NCBI GenBank assembly: GCA_038279365.1
Contig: JAYODI010000035.1
Location: 9,895-34,600 of the forward strand
Source: Candidatus Latescibacterota bacterium
GTDB taxonomy: Bacteria > Latescibacterota > UBA2968
Length of the DNA stretch: 24,706 bases
Reading direction: 5' to 3'
Shown here: piece by piece, positions 17,306-24,706 of the stretch
Layout: each line of letters starts with the position of its first letter
Position numbering within the stretch: the stretch's first letter is position 1
Program-made: the position numbers and the translations under genes
The notes under the pieces: model-generated
Seen by the model: only the letters and a program-made list of their open reading frames with translations
The model's database searches: none
What the model was told of the DNA's origin: nothing

Positions 17306-17827
17306 GTGGAATTGTTTCAATTGTTTATTTCATTTACCAAAGTAGGTGCGTTTGCCTACGGTGGTGGTCCCTCCATGATTCCTTTGGTGCAAGAAGAAGT
17401 GGTAGATATTCACGGATGGATGACCATCGAAGAGTTTACAGATGCTTTGGCGATGGGATATGCATTACCTGGTCCTATCGCAACCAAAATGGCGGCCTAC
17501 ATCGGTTACAAAGTGGCCTTCATTCCCGGTCTCTTGGTGGCACTTTTGGGCACCATTTTGCCATCTTTGCTCATGATGATGGTATTGGGGTTGGCTTTTA
17601 TGAGCTATAAAGACACGCCCGTTGTGCAATCGATGCTCAAAGCCGTTCGTCCTGCAGTGGTGGGCTTGCTCATTGTGGTTGTGGTAGATATGTTTCCCAA
17701 ATCGGTTACATCATGGCATACAGGTGTCATTGCCCTGGTAGCCTTTGTTGCCATTCAATTTCTCAACTTGCACCCAGCCCTGGCCATTGTGGCCACAGCA
17801 GTGTTGGGTTTGGTGGTTTATCGATGA
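17306..17827 (+). CDS. Short-chain (single-domain) chromate transporter, CHR family, 173 aa
   Basis: GAFAYGGG, WMTIEEF, LPGPIA, LRP-like VRPAVVGL; GGAGG RBS then GTG 17306. Confidence 0.88.
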   Translation: MELFQLFISFTKVGAFAYGGGPSMIPLVQEEVVDIHGWMTIEEFTDALAMGYALPGPIATKMAAYIGYKVAFIPGLLVALLGTILPSLLMMMVLGLAFMSYKDTPVVQSMLKAVRPAVVGLLIVVVVDMFPKSVTSWHTGVIALVAFVAIQFLNLHPALAIVATAVLGLVVYR

Positions 17828-18051
17828 GCCTTTTGCCAAAAACAACAGGGGCTATTATTCGCCAAGTTACGCCCTATACGGTACATGGACAACCTTATCT
17901 CCAAATTCATTATTCGCCAGTGGGTTCAGAAAACGACATTCGCGAAGCCCGTTTGGGCACAGAAGCCGCCTACCCCAACATCACTGCAGGCGACCAAGTA
18001 GCCTTATATAGCCTCATGAACACCGTAACCAAAATCGAAAAAACCGGATAA
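17824..18051 (+). CDS. Small hypothetical protein, 75 aa
   Basis: ATGA overlap with the upstream stop; fills the gap to the bioB intergenic region; protein-like composition (MSLLPKTTG...TKIEKTG). Confidence 0.7.
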   Translation: MSLLPKTTGAIIRQVTPYTVHGQPYLQIHYSPVGSENDIREARLGTEAAYPNITAGDQVALYSLMNTVTKIEKTG

Positions 18052-18064
18052 TATCCATAACCAC

Positions 18065-18109
18065 GAATCTTTAAAAATCTCCTATCAGATATGAGACCTT
18101 TTAAGATTC
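18065..18109. repeat. 45-bp imperfect palindrome upstream of bioB
   Basis: GAATCTTTAAAAATCTCCTATC-A-GATATGAGACCTTTTAAGATTC, arms 18/22 complementary. Confidence 0.65.
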
Positions 18110-18132
18110 TTCGATTCGAGACCTTATTTATT

Positions 18133-19134
18133 ATGTCCTATACCCAATTTGCCGACAAAGCCCTATCAGGTGTATTATTAGACACCGATGAAATGAACGC
18201 GGTCTTACAAACCTCCGATGAAGATATTTTATCTCTTTTGCACGCGGCTTATCAGGTAAGACGCCACCACTTTGGGCGTAGCGTTCAAATACATGTGCTC
18301 ATGAATGCCAAAAGTGGCCTTTGCCCTGAAGATTGTGGATATTGCTCACAATCTTCCGTATCTGAAGCTCCCATAGACAAATATCCTTTACGCCCAACTT
18401 CAGAAATCATAGACGCGGCTCGGCAGGCCAAAGCCAATGGTGCCTATCGCTATTGCATTGTCACAAGTGGTCGTGCCCCTACAGACAAAGAAGTAGATGC
18501 TGTGGCCAATGTGGTGCGTCAGATCAAACAAGATATCGACATTGACATTTGCTGTTGCTTGGGGCTTCTCAACGAAAACAAGGCCCAGCGCCTTAAAGAT
18601 GCAGGCGTAGATCGTGTGAACCACAACCTCAATACCAGTGAAAACCACACACCGAATATTGTTTCAACCCATACCTACGCAGATCGCATCAACACCTTAC
18701 ACGCCATTCAAAAAGTGGGCTTAGATACGTGTTGTGGGGGCATTGTGGGCATGGGGGAATCTCACGCCGACATCATTGATATGGCCGTGTCGTTGCGCAA
18801 TCTCAATGTCGATTCCATACCCGTTAACTTTTTACATGCCATTGATGGCACCCCATTGGTCAACAGCGAAAACCTCACCCCCTACGACTGCTTGCGAACC
18901 TTGTGTTTGTTTCGTTTTGTCAACCCAGATACAGAAATTCGCGTGGCAGGTGGGCGTGAAAAAAACCTGCGCAGCCTGCAACCTTTGGCACTTTACCCTG
19001 CCAATTCGCTCTTTATGGAAGGGTATTTGACCACTGGCGGGTTGGGCGTTAGTGAAACACACAAAATGATTGCCGACCTCGGCTTTGAGGTCAAAACCAT
19101 CGAGACAGAAAATCCTTTGGCATTGGTGCAATAA
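18133..19134 (+). CDS. bioB: Biotin synthase
   Basis: NAKSGLCPEDCGYCSQS radical-SAM motif, NHNLNTS, CCGGIVGMGE, SIPVNFL, IRVAGGRE, YLTTGG; start ATG 18133. Confidence 0.96.
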   Translation: MSYTQFADKALSGVLLDTDEMNAVLQTSDEDILSLLHAAYQVRRHHFGRSVQIHVLMNAKSGLCPEDCGYCSQSSVSEAPIDKYPLRPTSEIIDAARQAKANGAYRYCIVTSGRAPTDKEVDAVANVVRQIKQDIDIDICCCLGLLNENKAQRLKDAGVDRVNHNLNTSENHTPNIVSTHTYADRINTLHAIQKVGLDTCCGGIVGMGESHADIIDMAVSLRNLNVDSIPVNFLHAIDGTPLVNSENLTPYDCLRTLCLFRFVNPDTEIRVAGGREKNLRSLQPLALYPANSLFMEGYLTTGGLGVSETHKMIADLGFEVKTIETENPLALVQ

Positions 19135-19162
19135 ATTCTCAAGAATATCCTAAACAAAAATT

Positions 19163-21040
19163 ATGGTTACTTACGACAAAATATACGACGTGATAGTGGT
19201 GGGCGGCGGGCATGCCGGTGCCGAAGCCGCATTGGCATCTGCGCGCATGGGCAGTGAAACATTGTTGCTCACCATGAATCTTGATACCATTGCACAAATG
19301 TCGTGCAACCCCGCCATTGGTGGCATTGCCAAAGGACACATGGTGCGTGAAATTGACGCGCTGGGCGGTGAAATGGCACGCAACATAGATGAAGCAGGCA
19401 TTCAATTTCGCATGCTCAACCGGCGCAAAGGCCCAGCAGTGCAAGCACCCCGCGCCCAAGCCGACAAAAAACTTTATCAGTTTCGCATCAAAAATGTCGT
19501 TGAAAACCAACCCCATCTCGACGTCAAACAAGGCATGCTCGAAGATTTGGTGGTTGAAAATCGGCAGGTTAAAGGGGTCGTTACCAAATCGAAGACCATC
19601 TTCCAAAGTAAAACCGTCATACTAACCACTGGCACTTTTTTAAAAGGTCTTATCCATGTAGGCGATTTTTCATACAGTGCGGGCAGAGCTGGTGAACAAG
19701 CCGCCGACAAAGCTTCCGACGGTTTATCCAATTTGGGGTTTGAACTGGGCCGTCTCAAAACAGGCACACCACCCCGTGTAAATGCGCGAAGCATAGATTT
19801 TGGCGTATGTGAAGAACAACCTGGCGATGAAGACCCACGTCCATTTTCTTATCAGACCACATCGCTTTCTCAAAAACAACTCAGTTGTTATCTCACCAAC
19901 ACCACACAAAAAACACACGATATTATTCGCAACAGCTTAGACCGCTCAGCCATGTATAGTGGGCGCATTCAGGGTGTTGGCCCGCGTTATTGCCCTTCTG
20001 TAGAAGACAAAGTGGTGCGCTTTGCCGATAAAAACAGCCACCAAATCTTTCTTGAACCCGAAGGATACAACACCCTTGAAGTGTATCTCAATGGTTTGTC
20101 CATGAGCTTACCCGAAGATGTACAAGTAGATGTGGTACGCAGCATACCCGGTCTGGAACGCGCAGAAATTATGCGCCCTGCATATGCCGTAGAATACGAC
20201 TATGTGCCCCCCACACAAATTCACCCCTCTTTGGAAACCAAGCCCATTAGCGGTCTGTTTTTTGCGGGGCAAATCAATGGCACAACTGGCTACGAAGAAG
20301 CCGCCGCCCAAGGTCTTATGGCTGGTGTCAATGCCGCGCTTAAAGCACGGGGAGACGAACCGCTCATTCTGGATCGTTCACAAGCCTATATAGGTGTGCT
20401 CATAGACGACTTGGTCACCAAAGGCACGGAAGAGCCCTATCGCATGTTCACATCTTTGGCCGAATACCGCCTGCTCTTGCGCCAAGACAATGCCGATTTA
20501 CGCCTAACAGAATTAGGACGCCGTATTGGTCTTGTATCTGATGATGCCTATCAGCTTTTCCTCACACGCAAACAACAAATTGAAACCGAAATGGAACGGC
20601 TCAAGTCTATTAAGATTACACCCAATGAGCGCATACAATCAGTACTCAAAGAAGCCGAATCATCTCCCTTGGCCAAACCCATTTTTTTAGCCGATCTCCT
20701 GCGACGCCCAGAACTGACATATGACATCATAGACCAAATTGCACCAACAGAAACCCCACTGCCAGAACCCGTGCGCGAATCCATAGAAGTAGAAATTAAA
20801 TACGAAGGATATATTCAGCGTCAAGAATCGCAAGTACACCGATTTCAAGACTTAGAACGTCAAAACATTCCCGATAACTTTGATTACAAATCTGTTTTAT
20901 CTATGCGCAATGAAGCCAGAGAAAAGTTCAACCGCATCCAACCGCGCTCATTGGGTCAAGCATCACGCATACCGGGCATTTCTCCTGCTGATATTTCTGT
21001 GTTGATGGTCATGCTCAAAAAGACAAAGGGTGTGGCCTGA
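19163..21040 (+). CDS. mnmG: tRNA U34 cmnm5 modification FAD-dependent enzyme MnmG (GidA)
   Basis: [64 protein letters not shown]. Confidence 0.98.
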   Translation: MVTYDKIYDVIVVGGGHAGAEAALASARMGSETLLLTMNLDTIAQMSCNPAIGGIAKGHMVREIDALGGEMARNIDEAGIQFRMLNRRKGPAVQAPRAQADKKLYQFRIKNVVENQPHLDVKQGMLEDLVVENRQVKGVVTKSKTIFQSKTVILTTGTFLKGLIHVGDFSYSAGRAGEQAADKASDGLSNLGFELGRLKTGTPPRVNARSIDFGVCEEQPGDEDPRPFSYQTTSLSQKQLSCYLTNTTQKTHDIIRNSLDRSAMYSGRIQGVGPRYCPSVEDKVVRFADKNSHQIFLEPEGYNTLEVYLNGLSMSLPEDVQVDVVRSIPGLERAEIMRPAYAVEYDYVPPTQIHPSLETKPISGLFFAGQINGTTGYEEAAAQGLMAGVNAALKARGDEPLILDRSQAYIGVLIDDLVTKGTEEPYRMFTSLAEYRLLLRQDNADLRLTELGRRIGLVSDDAYQLFLTRKQQIETEMERLKSIKITPNERIQSVLKEAESSPLAKPIFLADLLRRPELTYDIIDQIAPTETPLPEPVRESIEVEIKYEGYIQRQESQVHRFQDLERQNIPDNFDYKSVLSMRNEAREKFNRIQPRSLGQASRIPGISPADISVLMVMLKKTKGVA

Positions 21041-21042
21041 GT

Positions 21043-21870
21043 ATGGAAGACAAGCAACTAAATATTATTATTGCCCTGCTCTCCGATGAAGATGCAGACA
21101 TTATTGCCAGTATGCGCCACAAACTTTTTGAGTTGGGCGAAGAAACCGTTCGAAAAATCCTCAAAGCAACAGATCCCAGTTCTCGCGCCCATAAAGAGGC
21201 CAGCCGTGTATTGATGCGCTTTCAAGAACCTTCTATAGAAGAACGATTTCGCAATCTCTCCACGGATCAAAATGGCGACATTGACCTTGAAGAAGGTGCC
21301 TTTACGTTGGCGAGATTTGCATATCCTGACCTCGATGTTGGCGCTTATAAAACGCGTTTGGGACACATGGCTTTTGAGCTTGCACCGCAGGTAGCCCCCG
21401 ATGATCACCCCATTCGTGTGATTCGCACCTTAAACCATTACCTATTTGAAACGCAAAAATTTCGGGCACCCTTACAATATGACCCCGATGACACCTTTCT
21501 CAATCGGGTACTCGACCGCAAACGGGGTTGGCCCATCACCCTATCTGTAATCTATCTCATTTTGGGTCAACGCATCGACTTGCCCCTTGTGGGTGTGGCG
21601 ATGCCTAAACACTATATTGTCAAATACAATGCACCCAGTGGCCAAGAAATTTATATCGATCCATACCATCATGGTCAAGTGCTCACCCCCAATGAATGTG
21701 CAGATATGATTGGCACAAAACTCACAGATGATTTGCTGCCCGAAGCAACAAATCGGTTCACGCTTTTTCGCATGATGAACAACCTCAAACACACCTATCT
21801 CAGCTTGTCCGAAGACAAAAACGCCAAATCGGTTGACAACCTGATACAAATACTTCAGGAAGTCAATTAA
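21043..21870 (+). CDS. SirB1 / transglutaminase-like (Transglut_core2) protein
   Basis: DLEEGA..LARFAYPDLD, LNHYLF, FLNRVLDRKRG.PITLS.IY, GVAMPKHY, YIDPY..G, RMMNNLK. Confidence 0.82.
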   Translation: MEDKQLNIIIALLSDEDADIIASMRHKLFELGEETVRKILKATDPSSRAHKEASRVLMRFQEPSIEERFRNLSTDQNGDIDLEEGAFTLARFAYPDLDVGAYKTRLGHMAFELAPQVAPDDHPIRVIRTLNHYLFETQKFRAPLQYDPDDTFLNRVLDRKRGWPITLSVIYLILGQRIDLPLVGVAMPKHYIVKYNAPSGQEIYIDPYHHGQVLTPNECADMIGTKLTDDLLPEATNRFTLFRMMNNLKHTYLSLSEDKNAKSVDNLIQILQEVN

Positions 21871-21871
21871 A

Positions 21872-21953
21872 GACGGGCAAACAGCAAACGTGAAGCCCTT
21901 ACCCATATTGGGGTGATCGGGTTGTTTGTCATTTGTCGTTTCACCAGTTTGCC
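21872..21953. repeat. Heptamer-unit inverted repeat element 3 (same family as element 2)
   Basis: GGCAAAC AGCAAAC GTGAAGC (21876-21896), spacer, GTTTGTC ATTTGTC GTTTCAC (21924-21944) and GTTTGCC (21947-21953). Confidence 0.8.
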
Positions 21954-21977
21954 TCTCCCATCAAAATACCCTATAAT
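21949..21977 (+). promoter_or_regulatory. Sigma70 promoter for smpB-amidase-ATPase
   Basis: TTGCCT (21949-21954) - 17 nt - TATAAT (21972-21977), 37 nt upstream of the smpB ATG. Confidence 0.7.
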
Positions 21978-22014
21978 GTTTTATATCAGATTAAAATAAC
22001 CTTGTGAGTAAATT

Positions 22015-22485
22015 ATGGCTGATGGCATTAAAATTATTGTGCAAAACCGAAAAGCGCGGCACGATTACGACATTATCGACACCTACGAAGCGGGGTTGGT
22101 TTTACACGGTACAGAAGTAAAGGCATTAAGAGAAGGCCGCGCCAACCTCAAAGACAGTTATGCCCGCGTAGAAGGCAACGAAGCCTTTTTGCACAAAATA
22201 CACATCAGTGAATATTTGCAAGCCAACCGCTTCAATCATGAACCTGAACGGAAGCGCAAACTGTTGCTTCACAAAAAAGAAATTGACCGCCTAAGAATTC
22301 GTGCCGAAGAAAAAGGGCTGACGCTGATCCCGCTCAAAATGTATTTCAAGCGTGGAAAGGCCAAAGTAGAATTAGGTGTTGCACGGGGTAAAAAACAATA
22401 TGACAAACGGCACGACATTGCCAAACGCGATGCCCAACGCGCATTGGATCAAGCCCTCAAATCACGCACCCAAAGTGGGAGGTAG
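22015..22485 (+). CDS. smpB: SsrA-binding protein
   Basis: NRKARHDY, EAGLVLHGTEVKALR, RKLLLHKKEI, GLTLIPL, ARGKKQYDKR. Confidence 0.98.
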   Translation: MADGIKIIVQNRKARHDYDIIDTYEAGLVLHGTEVKALREGRANLKDSYARVEGNEAFLHKIHISEYLQANRFNHEPERKRKLLLHKKEIDRLRIRAEEKGLTLIPLKMYFKRGKAKVELGVARGKKQYDKRHDIAKRDAQRALDQALKSRTQSGR

Positions 22486-23712
22486 ATGAAAAAATCCGCT
22501 GGTGCCATCACAGCATTCGGTGTCCCCGCTGCATCTGTGATCGCCTTTTTGATACTCCTTTTTAGTTCTCCCTTATACAGCAACACAACATCCATTGCCA
22601 TACCCAGCGTACGCTTTGCGCACGGTGATTTTGTTTCTATTGGCGATTTTGCCAAAGCCTTTGGTGTTTCTGCCAACAGCACACCAGCAAATCACAAATT
22701 GACGCTCAGCATATCAGGGCATCCTGTGGTTTTCACTCGGCAATCTTCGGTCATCCGCATTGACCAAGAAATACACCGAATGCCTCATAACCTTCAGGCT
22801 TTTAATGGGCAATATTATATCCCACAGCAAACCGCAGAACGCATCGCTCAGCACCTTCGCGTGTCTCTGCAGTTTGATACACCCAAAATGCCTGTTGTTG
22901 CAATAAAAAAACCCTCTCCTTCCATATTGGTTCAGGCACCCAAATCGAATAAAACAGAAAATAAAGTCTCCTCAAATGCCGTTGACTGGACGCTCAAAAC
23001 AGTCGTCATTGATCCAGGGCACGGCGGCAAAGACCCAGGAGCAATTGGGCCAAATGGTACCCACGAAAAAACCATTGTCTTGGGCGTGGCACATCACCTC
23101 AAAAAAATGCTTGAAAAGCATCTGAATGTTCACGTCATTATGACACGCGACGACGATACCTTTATCCCATTAAGTAAGCGCTCTCGCATGGCCATTCAGC
23201 AAAATGGCAAAATATTCATATCTCTCCATTGCAATGCCACCCCAAACAGAGAAGCAAACGGTGTCGAAGTTTACTTTCTTTCCGATGCCAAAACAGAAGA
23301 TGCCATCCGTGTTGCACAAGCCGAAAATGCTGCACTCAAATATGAGGTTGAAGATTCGACGCAATTTACACTCAACCACATTCCCGAAGAATATAGAGGC
23401 CTGGCTCTCAAATTGTTTACTGCACAATTCTTAAAAGAAAGTCAAGAACTTGCAGCAGATGTTCACAATGCCATTGTGGGTCAGGTAAAAGCGACACCAC
23501 GCGGAGTTAAACAAGCCAATTTCTATGTGATGCGTGGCACCATGGGACAAATGCCATCGGTCTTGGTCGAACTCGGTTTTGTGACCAATCACGCAGAGGA
23601 AAAACAACTCAAAAACAACGCCTATCAGAAAAAATTAGCCGAAGCCCTTTACCAAGGTATTAAGACATTTAAGCAACGTTATGAACAACAACTCTCAGCA
23701 GACAGCTCTTAA
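22486..23712 (+). CDS. N-acetylmuramoyl-L-alanine amidase (Amidase_3, AmiC-like)
   Basis: Hydrophobic N-terminal segment; VVIDPGHGGKDPGA, EK, FISLHCNA, PSVLVELGFVTN zinc/catalytic motifs. Confidence 0.92.
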   Translation: MKKSAGAITAFGVPAASVIAFLILLFSSPLYSNTTSIAIPSVRFAHGDFVSIGDFAKAFGVSANSTPANHKLTLSISGHPVVFTRQSSVIRIDQEIHRMPHNLQAFNGQYYIPQQTAERIAQHLRVSLQFDTPKMPVVAIKKPSPSILVQAPKSNKTENKVSSNAVDWTLKTVVIDPGHGGKDPGAIGPNGTHEKTIVLGVAHHLKKMLEKHLNVHVIMTRDDDTFIPLSKRSRMAIQQNGKIFISLHCNATPNREANGVEVYFLSDAKTEDAIRVAQAENAALKYEVEDSTQFTLNHIPEEYRGLALKLFTAQFLKESQELAADVHNAIVGQVKATPRGVKQANFYVMRGTMGQMPSVLVELGFVTNHAEEKQLKNNAYQKKLAEALYQGIKTFKQRYEQQLSADSS

Positions 23713-24550
23713 CAAGCCCATCCCCCTACCTGCTCACGACTTGGGTTATTATTACGACCCCAAAGTTGAAGCAGGTCTACACGGCAGTGTCAAACTCTCG
23801 CCCGAAGTAGAAAAATATTGTCAGTGCAAAGGCAAATCACCCTTTATGGTTTATGACCCCATAAGAGGTGAACCCACTTGGTGCCCTTGTAAACCCTTCC
23901 GAACCAAAGTCTACCAGATCAGCCAGTATATCAAACGCTCTGGCATACCTGCCCCATTTCGTTACAAATTCTTATCAGACTTCCAAGAACGATATGAAAA
24001 TGGACAACCCATTCCGGGTGCCAATCAGATCAAACTGCGCCTCCATACACTCATTGATGACATCCACAACGGCAAGGAATCACTCAAAGGATTTTATTTG
24101 TGGGGCAAACCTGGGGGAGGCAAAACATACTTCTCATATGTGATGCTCAACGAATTGATCTTCAAATTTGTCAAACCAGGCAAATTCATTTCTCTCTCCA
24201 AAAGCTTTCAAGAACTTCGCCACACCTTTGACGAAGGCAGCGAAACGCAAGGTCAGGCCATGACCATGATCGAAATGTTGAGCAATGTACCTTACCTTGT
24301 TATTGACGATTTTGGTGTTCAGCGCAACACCGAATGGGAAATGGAAATTTTGTATAACCTCATTGATGCACGTTATGCCAACAGACGTTTGACCTTTGTC
24401 ACCACCAACCAAAAAATTGACGAACTGAAACAGCTTGCCCAAGGGCGTATCTATTCGCGATTTCTCGAAATGTGTTACATCATTCAAGTGATCGCCCCCG
24501 ATTTTCGGGAAATGGGTAACCCCGAAGAAAAATGGGTTAATTTGAGTTAA
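23681..24550 (+). CDS. DnaC/IstB-like AAA+ ATPase with N-terminal Cys motif
   Basis: Walker A GKPGGGKT, Walker B LVIDDFG, LIDARY, VTTN, RIYSRFLEM; CQC...WCPC and SGIP in the N-terminal part. Exact start uncertain (32-nt overlap with amidase). Confidence 0.85.
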   Translation: MNNNSQQTALNKPIPLPAHDLGYYYDPKVEAGLHGSVKLSPEVEKYCQCKGKSPFMVYDPIRGEPTWCPCKPFRTKVYQISQYIKRSGIPAPFRYKFLSDFQERYENGQPIPGANQIKLRLHTLIDDIHNGKESLKGFYLWGKPGGGKTYFSYVMLNELIFKFVKPGKFISLSKSFQELRHTFDEGSETQGQAMTMIEMLSNVPYLVIDDFGVQRNTEWEMEILYNLIDARYANRRLTFVTTNQKIDELKQLAQGRIYSRFLEMCYIIQVIAPDFREMGNPEEKWVNLS

Positions 24551-24555
24551 ATACA

Positions 24556-24638
24556 AGCGATCAACAGGTCAGCGATCAGCTTAAAATCATACCTCAAAAG
24601 CAAGCCTGAGTATGCCGATTGCTGACAGCTTTATTGCT
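24556..24638. repeat. Heptamer-unit inverted repeat element 4 (AGCGATC / GCTGATT-like)
   Basis: AGCGATC AACAGGTC AGCGATC AGC (24556-24580) opposite GCCGATT GCTGACA GCTTTATT GCT (24614-24638); starts 5 nt after the ATPase stop. Confidence 0.6.
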
Positions 24639-24706
24639 CAAAGTGCCTTCATAAGACATCGCAATAGCCTCATCTTATAAAGGTCACAAATAAGGTGAGC
24701 AAATTC

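Noticed and set aside
21871..22014. tmRNA or tRNA next to smpB
   Set aside because: Gap is only 144 nt and is explained by the repeat and promoter; no tRNA-like ends or T-loop.
23681..24550. IS21 element or ZapE call for the ATPase
   Set aside because: No istA or terminal repeats in the window; motifs after Walker B fit DnaC/IstB rather than AFG1/ZapE.

Overview
A mostly housekeeping stretch of a bacterial chromosome. The DUF6785-type membrane protein and the gene order suggest a Latescibacterota-like or FCB-adjacent lineage (inference only). Minus strand 18-17058, read right to left: PilZ protein, TPR protein, efp-accB-accC-gcvH, HNH nuclease, trpS-scpA-scpB-rluB-cmk-plsC-rpsA, mtaB, a DMT-family protein, a probably truncated COG3650-like gene, a beta-propeller glycosidase-like protein and a DUF6785-type polytopic membrane protein. 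Plus strand 17306-24550: single-domain chromate-transporter homologue, a small hypothetical protein, bioB, mnmG, a SirB1-like protein, smpB, a cell-wall amidase and an orphan DnaC/IstB-like ATPase. I found no rRNA, tRNA, tmRNA, CRISPR array, transposase or integrase. The most notable unexplained structure is a set of intergenic inverted-repeat elements whose arms are built of 7-nt units (about 5133-5213, 12054-12150, 21872-21953, 24556-24638, perhaps more). Two of them share a 22/25-nt identical arm starting a few nt after a stop codon, and one supplies the -35 box of the likely smpB promoter. I cannot support a clearly new multi-gene system from the sequence alone.
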